Shown piece after piece: positions 31,390 through 40,433 of a stretch of DNA of 64,000 nt (its first letter is position 1; every line of letters begins with the position of its first letter). The notes beneath the pieces are model-generated. The model was not told the origin of the DNA, ran no database searches, and was given only the letters and a program-made list of their open reading frames with translations. The stretch is from an uncultured bacterium (GTDB lineage: Bacteria > JAJVIF01 > JAPKYR01), in assembly GCA_965369865.1 (NCBI GenBank), contig CBDURU010000001.1:61175-125174 (forward strand), read 5' to 3'. Position numbers and translations under genes: made by a program.

Positions 31390-32547
31390 ATGAATATTAT
31401 TAAAATATACAAACTATTAGTAATTAATGTTTATACATTATTATTCCTTACTTTAACTTCAACAGCTCATTCCACAACAATACTAAGTGAAATAAGTACG
31501 GAGAATATGCAACCGTATAGAATTATCCCGGGAACTATTTCCAATGAATTCTGGATAGTAGGCCAGGCAAAAGGATTAGGATTGCTTGTGGAAGATCAAC
31601 AGGGAGCCTGGTCATTTACACAGTATCCCATAGGCTCAGTATGGGATGCAGTGGGACCTGATAATAATGGCAGGATTTGGTGTTCAAGTTTTGTAACGGG
31701 AATTGGAACAGCCATACAAGTTTTTAATTGCAATACAAAGGATGTAATCCAAAATGTTAATATTGGCCCTGATTATGTAACGACAGGAATTACACTTTCT
31801 ATTAATGAGGACTATGTGTATCTACTGGGTTGGGATTGGCCAAGATTTGGTGAACCGGGAAGTTGGGTATCCAGTTTCGGTCACCCAAATGCAGGCATTG
31901 TATGGGAAATTAATATATCTTCATTTGAAGTTTCCCCAGATATTGGTGTTGTTGGAGTATTTCCGTATACAATATATTACGCTGGAAGCCAAGAAACAGA
32001 TAAACTCCTAGTTTACACTCTCGCACGGGATGATGTAGGTCGAGAAGGTGGGGAATGTATTGACATCCTGGCAGTGGATAGAAGTTTCCCACGCTTAGGA
32101 GGGCTCCCGGCATGCTTTACAAATGAATATCTATACTGCAATGACCTAGTAAAATGGTCAGATGAAGATCCGCTTATAGCACTGTGTAATCGTTCGGTAG
32201 ATAATATGGGGGATAGTGAAGATTTCTCCGATGGATTATGGATCATCGATACAGAATTAGAAGAAGTTGTTCAGACATACCGTATATATGACATCGCGGA
32301 CAGGATCAGGGGAGTTCAGCATCTTTGTGTGAGTGAAGTCCGTCCGGGGATCGCATATATGAGTCTTGGTTTTGGTGGTCTTGACGCAGAGACCGCGGTT
32401 TTTGATATGGCTACCGGACAGGTTATCGAGCACATTCAAACCGGTCTTGTTTTCACTCCGGAATTTATTTATGAATTACCAGATGGCAGACTTATTGTCA
32501 CTGGCGGCAGGACAAAAAATATAGTCATCATCGACCCGTTACATTGA
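31390..32547 (+). CDS. Array gene B1: exported YncE-like beta-propeller protein
   Basis: GAGGAG RBS, N-terminal signal ending AHS, short beta-blade repeats, C-terminus LPDGRLIVTGG..IVIIDP. Confidence 0.75.
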   Translation: MNIIKIYKLLVINVYTLLFLTLTSTAHSTTILSEISTENMQPYRIIPGTISNEFWIVGQAKGLGLLVEDQQGAWSFTQYPIGSVWDAVGPDNNGRIWCSSFVTGIGTAIQVFNCNTKDVIQNVNIGPDYVTTGITLSINEDYVYLLGWDWPRFGEPGSWVSSFGHPNAGIVWEINISSFEVSPDIGVVGVFPYTIYYAGSQETDKLLVYTLARDDVGREGGECIDILAVDRSFPRLGGLPACFTNEYLYCNDLVKWSDEDPLIALCNRSVDNMGDSEDFSDGLWIIDTELEEVVQTYRIYDIADRIRGVQHLCVSEVRPGIAYMSLGFGGLDAETAVFDMATGQVIEHIQTGLVFTPEFIYELPDGRLIVTGGRTKNIVIIDPLH

Positions 32548-32565
32548 TTCGTTGCAGTCCCTGAA

Positions 32566-34362
32566 TGGCTCGAGCAGTTCTGGCATCCTGAGTTACCCAA
32601 TTATTATCTGCAGTTGACGCAGCACCCGGATTATTACAGGGCACAGGATTGTTCAGTTTTTCTGCTGGTCCATGCAAAAGACATCTGGCCTCCAGGGGTG
32701 CTTATGGTCGGGGACAGGGGTATCCAACTGGATAGAATTATCGATGGTGAGTTGATCGTTGAGCCGTATCCCGGAGTGGCGGAAGGCGCTGGGATCTGGA
32801 TTGATAATGAGCCCTGGGCCGAGGATGAATGGGACTCATGGGCGGACCCTAACATGGGATATCGCATCGCCGAGGACGCTAAACCCAGGGGGGATGAGTT
32901 TATAATAATATTTGAGATGGACGCGTTACTGGCTGATCCCGGCCTTGATGAGGTTAAGGTGCGTGTTACCGACTTCCACGAAAATTGGACAAGGTCGGAT
33001 AATGTGCTTGAGGACATTGATGGCCTTTATACTGTAACTAAAGTGGGGATAATCGAACAAAATTACCAGGGAACGACTGTTCTGGCGGACTTCTGCGGCG
33101 TGCCGGTATGTAATAGAGTAGCCGGTGAATACACTCTTGATTATGTAGCTCAGGTAGTAACTTCGGATTACATTGAACCGCCTGACTTCTTATGGAGCGT
33201 TATAAATTCTCCACTGCATGAGGGCAGTGTCGGCTTAGTTGAAATAAATGTTCCCATTTATCGTCTGGATCCTGAATTGGACAGGTATGAAATATACAAT
33301 GAACTGTTTCCCCCTCATGGCTATCAATGCAATGTTCATTATTATTCTCGCGGGCTGGAATTATTAATCCCTCCCGGCGAAGTCGCCCCGGTTGTCATTG
33401 ATGACTGGCGAGAATCGGTTCAGCCAATGCACGAGGAAGACTATGGTACATGTCCGCATCTGTATTTGAGCGATAGGGACCATTTACTTGGTATCGAAGG
33501 TGATCCTAATAATGATCAATGGAAAGACTATTCAATAGCAATGGCAATTGACTCAGATATCCGTGATTTCTATGACAAAGCTCTTAATTCAATGTATTTT
33601 GGTAGCTCTGAAAGAGGGATATTTTATGGCTGCAATGTTTTGATAGGTGATAAGGACAGCTATGCTGAAGATGTACTCGACAGCGGTGTTGAAAGGCTTA
33701 AAATCGATGTTGAAGAAAAGGAGGCGGATATTGGTATTCAAAGTCGAGGTGACGCATATTTTGTAATTGGGCATAGTTATGAAACAGGTAATCCTCCCGG
33801 GCAAGTACAAGGGATTTGGGAGTTTATACCTTCGGCAAACCATAACGCCCCTGGCGATTGGAAGTATGTTGTTTCTAGAGATGATTTTGCAACCAGTGGA
33901 GATCTCGATCGGGAAGTAAACTGGTTGATTTCTCAAGCTTGTCATTTACTTGGTCCATCTTCGTATCAATATTGGCAGGCTCTAATACCGAATCAGTTGG
34001 ATGCAATTTGTGGTTTTCGTTGCGCCAATATCAGGGAACTTCTGCCGGAATTTAGCAAGCTTGAAGAAGAAGGACCAAGCGCTTTCTTCGGAGGTTTTTC
34101 AACCAGGTTAACCAGTAATGAGGGGGCTCATGAAAGTTATTGGAAGTACGATAATCAAATCCCTAATGATCGCGCCATTATTGCGTGGATGGAGAACGCA
34201 TGCGAATGGGCACGCATATTGAAATCAGAAGTTCGTAACCGTGAATACATGATGGAGAATGCTGCCGCAATTGATGAACTATACATTTATGAAATCGAAT
34301 GGACTTCAAGCCCTTATGATTGGCCGCTCTTTGGTGAAAGCTTATACATTGTCAGATACTAG
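32566..34362 (+). CDS. Array gene A2 (5'-truncated cassette; homology begins before the first possible start, TTG 32614)
   Basis: Homologous to A1 from WLEQFWHPE; GDAYFVIGHS ... VNWLISQACHLLG ... DAICGFR. Confidence 0.7.
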   Translation, partial: WLEQFWHPELPNYYLQLTQHPDYYRAQDCSVFLLVHAKDIWPPGVLMVGDRGIQLDRIIDGELIVEPYPGVAEGAGIWIDNEPWAEDEWDSWADPNMGYRIAEDAKPRGDEFIIIFEMDALLADPGLDEVKVRVTDFHENWTRSDNVLEDIDGLYTVTKVGIIEQNYQGTTVLADFCGVPVCNRVAGEYTLDYVAQVVTSDYIEPPDFLWSVINSPLHEGSVGLVEINVPIYRLDPELDRYEIYNELFPPHGYQCNVHYYSRGLELLIPPGEVAPVVIDDWRESVQPMHEEDYGTCPHLYLSDRDHLLGIEGDPNNDQWKDYSIAMAIDSDIRDFYDKALNSMYFGSSERGIFYGCNVLIGDKDSYAEDVLDSGVERLKIDVEEKEADIGIQSRGDAYFVIGHSYETGNPPGQVQGIWEFIPSANHNAPGDWKYVVSRDDFATSGDLDREVNWLISQACHLLGPSSYQYWQALIPNQLDAICGFRCANIRELLPEFSKLEEEGPSAFFGGFSTRLTSNEGAHESYWKYDNQIPNDRAIIAWMENACEWARILKSEVRNREYMMENAAAIDELYIYEIEWTSSPYDWPLFGESLYIVRY

Positions 34363-34378
34363 TCCTTTGAGGTGAACT

Positions 34379-35551
34379 ATGAATCAAAGATTAAAAAAAG
34401 CAGTCAAACTGGGCCTTGTGCTTATGGCTGGCATACTGGGTATTTGCGCTCTTGTTTGGGCTGCAAGTCAGTCGTTCTCGTATGGACAACCGGGCGCAGT
34501 GCAAGCTTTGTTGAATGATGACGGTAGTCGACTGTATGTTTCGTACTACAGAGACAACAAAGTTGTAGAGATAGATACGGAAACGATGCAACAGGTTCGT
34601 CAATTTCAAATCGAATGGCCGGCCTATATGGAGTTATCTGAGGATGAGTTATATTTGTATGCAATAAGCAGGGCTGTCACAGCCAGTATTAAAAGGATGC
34701 GCTTGTCTGACGGCAACATTGATCAGATAATTCTGGAAGGTGATGTTATTTCGCTATCGTATGATCCTGACGGTAATCGTTTGTGGGTTGTTCACCGAAC
34801 ATGGCCAATGGATGGAGATGTAATGAATGGTCCAGCCCCCCCGCCATCGTATGCTGGAATACTGACGGAAATTGACACAACAGATTTTGCAATTTCACAA
34901 AATCTTGCTATTGAATCATATCCCATTTCGGTGTGGTATTCACAGTATTCCGATAAAGTTTATGTAATGCATGGCTTGGTCAGGACTGAACCAGCCGGTT
35001 TTGAGACGGAAGGGGGAGGTTTTGTCACAACGGGAGTCGCGTTATTGTGCAACCCAATTACCATTTATGGCTTGGATCAGGATAGATTGTACTGTATTGG
35101 TGAGGTGATGGGCGGGTTCTACAATGATGATGTAATGCCTGCACAATTGGATAAATGGGACGACGATGGGAGATATATGGCAGTTCCATCTTCATCATAT
35201 GGAATCCCATCGTTTTCCATGCGAGTTATTGACACATACGATGACTCAGTTGCATTTGATTTGATATTCCCGACTTATTTTGATTCTCCATTGCCGGTTA
35301 ATTTCGTAAAGAAAGTTACCGGAAATACTGATTTCTGGGTTATGGTAAGTGGAGATATACCGTATGAAAATTTACCGGAAGGAAGTTGGGTGGTTGTACG
35401 GGTTAATACCGATACGCTCGAGCATGAAATTTATACTATAGATCAAGTAAATGCGAGATTATTCGGTAATTTTGCTGTGTCGCCTGACGGCAATACTTTA
35501 TATTTAACTGTTCCACACACCGGCGAAATCATCGTCTGGTCGCCGGATTGA
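34379..35551 (+). CDS. Array gene B2: membrane-anchored/exported YncE-like beta-propeller
   Basis: GAGGTG RBS, N-terminal TM, DGSRLYVS..KVVEID, C-terminus FAVSPDGNTLYLTVPHTGEIIVWSPD. Confidence 0.8.
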   Translation: MNQRLKKAVKLGLVLMAGILGICALVWAASQSFSYGQPGAVQALLNDDGSRLYVSYYRDNKVVEIDTETMQQVRQFQIEWPAYMELSEDELYLYAISRAVTASIKRMRLSDGNIDQIILEGDVISLSYDPDGNRLWVVHRTWPMDGDVMNGPAPPPSYAGILTEIDTTDFAISQNLAIESYPISVWYSQYSDKVYVMHGLVRTEPAGFETEGGGFVTTGVALLCNPITIYGLDQDRLYCIGEVMGGFYNDDVMPAQLDKWDDDGRYMAVPSSSYGIPSFSMRVIDTYDDSVAFDLIFPTYFDSPLPVNFVKKVTGNTDFWVMVSGDIPYENLPEGSWVVVRVNTDTLEHEIYTIDQVNARLFGNFAVSPDGNTLYLTVPHTGEIIVWSPD

Positions 35552-35564
35552 TTGTTTTATCACT

Positions 35565-37233
35565 GGTGCTTATGGTCGGGGACAGGGGTATCCAACTGGA
35601 TAGAATTATCGATGGCGAGTTGATCATTGAGCCATATCCCGGAGTGGCGGAAGGCGCTGGGATCTGGATTGATAATGAGCCTTGGGCCGAGGATGAATGG
35701 GACTCATGGGCGGACCCTCACATGGAATATCGCATCGCCGAGGACGCTAAACCCAGGGGGGATGAGTTTATTATAATTATTGCTATGGACGCTTTACTTT
35801 CTGATCCCGGTCTTGAGGAGGTTAAGGTGCGTGTTACCGACTTCCACGAAAATTGGACAAGGACGGATAATTTGCTGGAGGACATTGATGGCCTTTATAC
35901 TGTAACTGAAGTGGGGATAATCGAACAAAATTACCAGGGAACGACTGTTCTGGCGGACTTCTGCAGCGTGCCTGTATGTGATAGAGTAGCTGGGATATAC
36001 ACTCTTGATTATGTAGCTCAGGTTGTAACATCGGATTACATTGAACCACCTGATTTCTTATGGAGCGTTATAAATTCTCCAACGCATGAGGGCAGTGCTG
36101 GTTTAGCGGAAATAAATGTACCAATTTATCGTCTGGACCCTGAATTGGACAGGTATGAAATATACAATGAACTCTTTCCCCCTCATGGCTATCAATGCAA
36201 TGTTCATTATTATTCTCGCGGGTTGGAATTATTAATTCCTCCCGGTGAAGTCGCCCCGGTTGTCATTGATTTCTGGCGGTATTCTGTTCAACCAATGCAC
36301 GAGGAAGACTATGATACCTGTCCGCATCTGTATTTGAGCGATAGGGACCATTTAATTGGTCAGGAGGGTGATTTTGATGAAGATAGTTGGAAAGATTTCT
36401 CTATTGCCGTAGCAAACGATACAGAACTATGGCTCACATATAAACACGTAATTGACTACGCATGGTTTGGTTCAAGTGAGCGAGGTGGATTCCTCCCTAT
36501 TTCCTGTGATCCGGACAAAGGTTTTAAACAGGATTATACAGTTGATGTTCTTGATTGCGGTGTTGAAAGAGTCCAGATTGATGTAGAGACTAAAACAGCT
36601 GATATTGGGATCCAAAGCAGAGGGGATGCATATTTCATATTTAGCCATGGTTGGCCACCTCCAATGATTGGGTATGAGCAATTAACACAGATTACCAGTC
36701 TAAGTCCTTTCCCTAATCCTGATCCGAATCTTCCTGATCGAATACCATTATCTGATTGGAAATATGTAAGTGGTCTTGCAACAGAGGTTGACTGGTTAAT
36801 TTGCTCTGCATGCTTCCTTCTAAACGACGCATCTTATCAAATATGGCAGCAATTACTTATCCCCAATTCGGTTGATGGGATCTGTGGCTTTAAGGATTTC
36901 AATTTTCGTAACATGTTGCCATTACATAGCTATCCTAATCATCCAGGGCAAGAATTTTATCAAGCGTTTTCTGAGCGTCTTACAGACTATGAAGGCCCAC
37001 ATCATTATTTGTGGGGGTGTCAACCATCTTCAGTTCCAGCAGTTACTGCTTGGATGGAGAATGCATGTGTTTGGGCGATGCATATTTCAGCTGGATTTCA
37101 TCCCGGGCAAGCCTGGCATGGTCTTATGTCCTGCGCGGCAGTTGATGGTGAATACCGTTATGTCCTGCGTACTCGTCGTCCCGATTGTTGGTGGGAACCG
37201 GATCCCTCATTTGAAATAAATGTCTTGCATTGA
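35565..37233 (+). CDS. Array gene A3 (5'-truncated cassette beginning at VLMVGDRG)
   Basis: ~795 bp highly similar to A2 (32697-33492); GDAYFIFSHG ... VDWLICSACFLL ... DGICGFKD. Confidence 0.7.
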
Positions 37234-37247
37234 TTTTGGAGATCACA

Positions 37248-38393
37248 ATGAAAACAAAAACATTCATAATCTTAGGTATAGTAATCACTGCAATTGTTGT
37301 TGGCGGAATTCTGTATGAAATAACGATGAATCCTGGAATAATCGCAAGCAGTAACGGCTATTATTACGGTCTTTCTAATCCTGTTACAGCAGCGATCAAC
37401 TCAAACGGCGACCACCTGTATGTCTCATTTCCTTCCCATAACAAGGTTTTGGAAATAGATATCCCAAGCATGCAGGAACTCAGGCGATTTGATATAGATG
37501 ATGCAGGATACCTTCATCTGGATCAGAGTGAAAATTTACTCTACTGTATTTCTTCCGGGTATCCCAGCTACCTAAACAGGATCAATTTATCTTCGGGACA
37601 AACTGAGCGGATTCAAATAACTGCGCTGGCTACTGACTTCTGTTTCCATCCGGATGGACAAACGATCTGGGTGATAAGTCAAACGTGGCCCGGGGAAGGA
37701 GAATGGTATGTGCCTTCTGAAGCATACAAGCATCCAGAGAGTGGTATGATTACTGAAGTGGATGTTCAGAATTTTGAGATTATTCAATCTGCTACAATAA
37801 AGCCGTTACCGGTTTGTATTATGTACTCATCATATACTGAGATGTTGTATATCTGGCATGCTTATACTTCAGTTGAAAGCGAACCAGGACAAAATTACAT
37901 TACTCGTAATGGTAATGTTATTTACGAAACTGACCCGTCTAGGTTGAATCAAGGTCGTCACTTTATTACAGGTCCTGAAATAGGCCTTCCGGGAGGTCCA
38001 AGGGTTGAATTATGGTCAGATGACGGAAGGTACCTTGCAGTTCCCAGTCCCGCAATAGGCGAGCCGCCACACTCATTAATGGTATTTGACCTTGAGTCAT
38101 GGGATTATGCAAGTGAAATTTCAGTTTTAATGGGCAATGATCTACCGTTTGGCACTCGTTTTTTACATGTTGTACCGAACCAAAATATCATCTGGGCAAC
38201 CGGTTTCGGAGGATTCTCAGAGAATCCTCTTGATAGACCTGTTATCAGAATTAATAGAGTAACAGAAGAAATTGAAGTTTTTCCTGTACATGGAGTTCCT
38301 CGATGGGGTGATTTCACTGTGTCTCCTGATGGCTCAACGCTTTACTTGACCAGCCCTAACACTAATGAAATCATCGTCTGGTCGCCGGATTGA
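37248..38393 (+). CDS. Array gene B3: membrane-anchored/exported YncE-like beta-propeller
   Basis: Start refined to MKTKTFIILG (GGAG RBS); C-terminus VSPDGSTLYLTSPNTNEIIVWSPD. Confidence 0.8.
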   Translation: MKTKTFIILGIVITAIVVGGILYEITMNPGIIASSNGYYYGLSNPVTAAINSNGDHLYVSFPSHNKVLEIDIPSMQELRRFDIDDAGYLHLDQSENLLYCISSGYPSYLNRINLSSGQTERIQITALATDFCFHPDGQTIWVISQTWPGEGEWYVPSEAYKHPESGMITEVDVQNFEIIQSATIKPLPVCIMYSSYTEMLYIWHAYTSVESEPGQNYITRNGNVIYETDPSRLNQGRHFITGPEIGLPGGPRVELWSDDGRYLAVPSPAIGEPPHSLMVFDLESWDYASEISVLMGNDLPFGTRFLHVVPNQNIIWATGFGGFSENPLDRPVIRINRVTEEIEVFPVHGVPRWGDFTVSPDGSTLYLTSPNTNEIIVWSPD

Positions 38394-38443
38394 TCGTCAC
38401 AGGCGGCGAGAGCGAAAAAATCCTCGTCATCGATCCGACGTAG
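38390..38443 (+). pseudogene. 3'-end scar of a deleted B1-type gene
   Basis: Reads LIVTGGESEKILVIDPT* versus the B1 C-terminus LIVTGGRTKNIVIIDPLH*. Confidence 0.7.
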
Positions 38444-38452
38444 TGATATAAT
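38444..38452 (+). promoter_or_regulatory. Extended -10 element (TG-A-TATAAT) upstream of orphan B4
   Basis: Perfect TGnTATAAT ~75 bp before ATG 38528. Confidence 0.45.
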
Positions 38453-38469
38453 GGTTTCTCTAATACAGC

Positions 38470-38507
38470 GACAAGCACGTTCGGCTGGAAGCCAGGCATT
38501 GCTTGTC
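38470..38507. repeat. Short GACAAGCACGTT...GCTTGTC hairpin element
   Basis: Same left arm and inverted right arm as 29039-29107. Confidence 0.6.
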
Positions 38508-38527
38508 ACCGACATCCAGGTCACAAG

Positions 38528-39694
38528 ATGCGAAAACATGTACGTCTGATAGTTATCGTTTTATCCGCTATGATTTGCATAACAGGCATTTATGCAATCG
38601 TTAAAGCCACACGAGAATTTTATTCCTATGGGCAGCAGGGGGCAACGGACATCGAAATTACAAATAATGGTGAACTGCTATATGTTACATATTTTGAAGA
38701 TAACGCCGTCGTGGAGATCGATGCAAATACAATGTTAGAGGTTAGAAGATTTTCGGTTCCCATGCCAACGACAATTTATCTTGATAGCGACGAAGAATAT
38801 ATTTACGCAAGTAGCGATACCTGGCCGGGTGGAGTATATAGAATACAATTGATCGATGGTCAATCTTCTTCCTTAACGCTGGAAGGCGAAATATATGATT
38901 TGGCAATAGATAAACAAAATAACAGATTATGGGCTGTTCATTTAATTTGGCCTCAGTTTGATGAGTTATTTAGTGAGACAGAGGCATATCTCCATCCGAA
39001 TACTGGGAGGTTGACTGAGATAGACCTGGATAATTTCCAGGTAACCAGAGAGCTTGAAATAGAGCCATTGCCTACAGCGGTATGGTATTCACAATATAGT
39101 AATAAAGTATATGTTGTTCATCATTTACGTAGATTTGAGCCATATGACCCGTCATCTTACGGGTCAATGGAGAGTATGAAATATTTCGGTAATCCCATTA
39201 CCATTTATGGATTGGATCAGGAAAATTTACACAAAATTGGGGAGAATTTTGTCGGTCATCATGATAAGTCTTTAATTATACCATACCATATTGGTAATTG
39301 GGACGATAGTGGTCGTTATCTCGTTGTTCCAAGCCCCATATCTGGCCGTCCCGAATTTTCTTTGGAAGTTATTGATACAGTTGATGATTCAATTGAAAAT
39401 TATATTTCATTTCCTGGTTATCCTCCAGGTGATCTTATGACAACAAAATATATTCAAAAGGTACCAAATATTGATGTATTATGGTCTACAATTTTATTCG
39501 GTCGTCCTGATCCTGAAATTTATGAAGGAAATAGATTCATTGCTCGGGTAAATACAGTAACATTAGAATATGAGATATTCACGATTGATAATGTTAATTA
39601 TAGCTTCGGAGATTTTGCTGTGTCACCTGACGGCAATACTTTATATTTAACTGTTCCCAATACCGGCGAAATCATCGTCTGGTCTCCGGATTAA
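38528..39694 (+). CDS. Array gene B4: orphan YncE-like beta-propeller (no A gene upstream)
   Basis: Paralog of B2 (YGQxGA, NPITIYGLDQ, WDDxGRY, FAVSPDGNTLYLTVPNTGEIIVWSPD). Confidence 0.8.
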   Translation: MRKHVRLIVIVLSAMICITGIYAIVKATREFYSYGQQGATDIEITNNGELLYVTYFEDNAVVEIDANTMLEVRRFSVPMPTTIYLDSDEEYIYASSDTWPGGVYRIQLIDGQSSSLTLEGEIYDLAIDKQNNRLWAVHLIWPQFDELFSETEAYLHPNTGRLTEIDLDNFQVTRELEIEPLPTAVWYSQYSNKVYVVHHLRRFEPYDPSSYGSMESMKYFGNPITIYGLDQENLHKIGENFVGHHDKSLIIPYHIGNWDDSGRYLVVPSPISGRPEFSLEVIDTVDDSIENYISFPGYPPGDLMTTKYIQKVPNIDVLWSTILFGRPDPEIYEGNRFIARVNTVTLEYEIFTIDNVNYSFGDFAVSPDGNTLYLTVPNTGEIIVWSPD

Positions 39695-39776
39695 TTGTTT
39701 TATCACAGGGGCTTATGGAACCCATCGGCAGACCCCTCTCCGGTGCCCCACACATCCCCTTGTTAAATTAAAAATG

Positions 39777-39804
39777 GACCCATATCACATAGATATGGGC
39801 CTAC
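39777..39804 (-). repeat. GTAG-type REP-like palindrome (identical copy at 43999-44026)
   Basis: Minus strand GTAG-GCCCATATC-TATGT-GATATGGGTC. Confidence 0.6.
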
Positions 39805-39848
39805 CGATTAACAAAAATTATATCCTGAAAAAAATTAACAATCCATCC

Positions 39849-39873
39849 GTAGAACTGCACGGCAGTGCGTCTC
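39849..39873 (+). repeat. Second GTAG REP-like element GTAGAACTGCACGGCAGTGCGTCTC
   Basis: GTAG followed by an imperfect palindrome; degenerate copy at ~44048-44072. Confidence 0.5.
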
Positions 39874-39891
39874 AAAGAAACTCCCGATGAA

Positions 39892-40066
39892 TCACGGGTT
39901 GAAACGCGCGATAAAAATATCGTCAAGTCCGGCCGAGGTCAGCAATGTCTCGTTGGATTCGTAAAGCCCGAATATGGCTGATTCATTGAAATAGCCTGCC
40001 ACAACCATCGAATCGTCCGACAGTACTTCGATCCCATATCCTTCATCCCTGAAAGATCCGCCCGCC
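39892..40066 (-). pseudogene. Duplicated 3' end of a propeller lipoprotein gene (near-copy of 44091-44265)
   Basis: DNA alignment at offset 4199; encodes ..GGSFRDEGYGIEVLSDDS..DIFIARFNP*. Confidence 0.9.
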
Positions 40067-40068
40067 AG

Positions 40069-40278
40069 GATATGTATGAAGATAACAAGAGCAACTGGGC
40101 TATTGAAGTCTTGAAATGAGGTGTAGAGTTAGTTGAAGTCGAGGTTGAAGATAAAACGGCTGATATAGGTTTCCAAAGCAGGGGAGATGTTTACTTCCTG
40201 ATTGCACATGGTTCTACGATAGAGGTTGAAGGAAATTAGGTTGTAGATTTGGTCTTCGAAGCTTGCCTGGTTGTCGGG
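40069..40278 (+). pseudogene. Degraded fourth A-type cassette (A4 remnant)
   Basis: Reads ..EVLK*GVELVEVEVEDKTADIGFQSRGDVYFLIAHG..GN*VVDLVFEACLVVG, matching A2/A3 ADIGIQSRGDAYF..H and the AC motif; two internal stops. Confidence 0.8.
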
Positions 40279-40433
40279 TTTCGAATGCATGTATCCACCC
40301 TCTCGCCTTTCCCGTTCGGTTTATACTGGACATTATTTTCATTTCTCGCCTGAATGCAGGTGCCCATTGTATTTTGCGCCGGTTGCATGCTATTCTATAT
40401 ATTCATTCACGTTTCATTTTGGAGGTTTTTGGT

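Noticed and set aside
31366..32613. In-frame TGA junctions A1-B1 and B1-A2 suggesting readthrough or UGA recoding
   Set aside because: The other junctions are out of frame, B1 has its own RBS and signal peptide, and TGA ends many ordinary genes here; two in-frame junctions are expected by chance.
29039..39720. Integron cassette array
   Set aside because: No intI and no RYYYAAC...GTTRRRY attC structure between the genes; junctions are explained by coding-sequence homology.
40117..40119. TGA aligned to a Cys of A3 as possible selenocysteine
   Set aside because: The position is not conserved (Ser/Tyr in A2/A1), and the fragment has a second stop and deletions, so it is a pseudogene.
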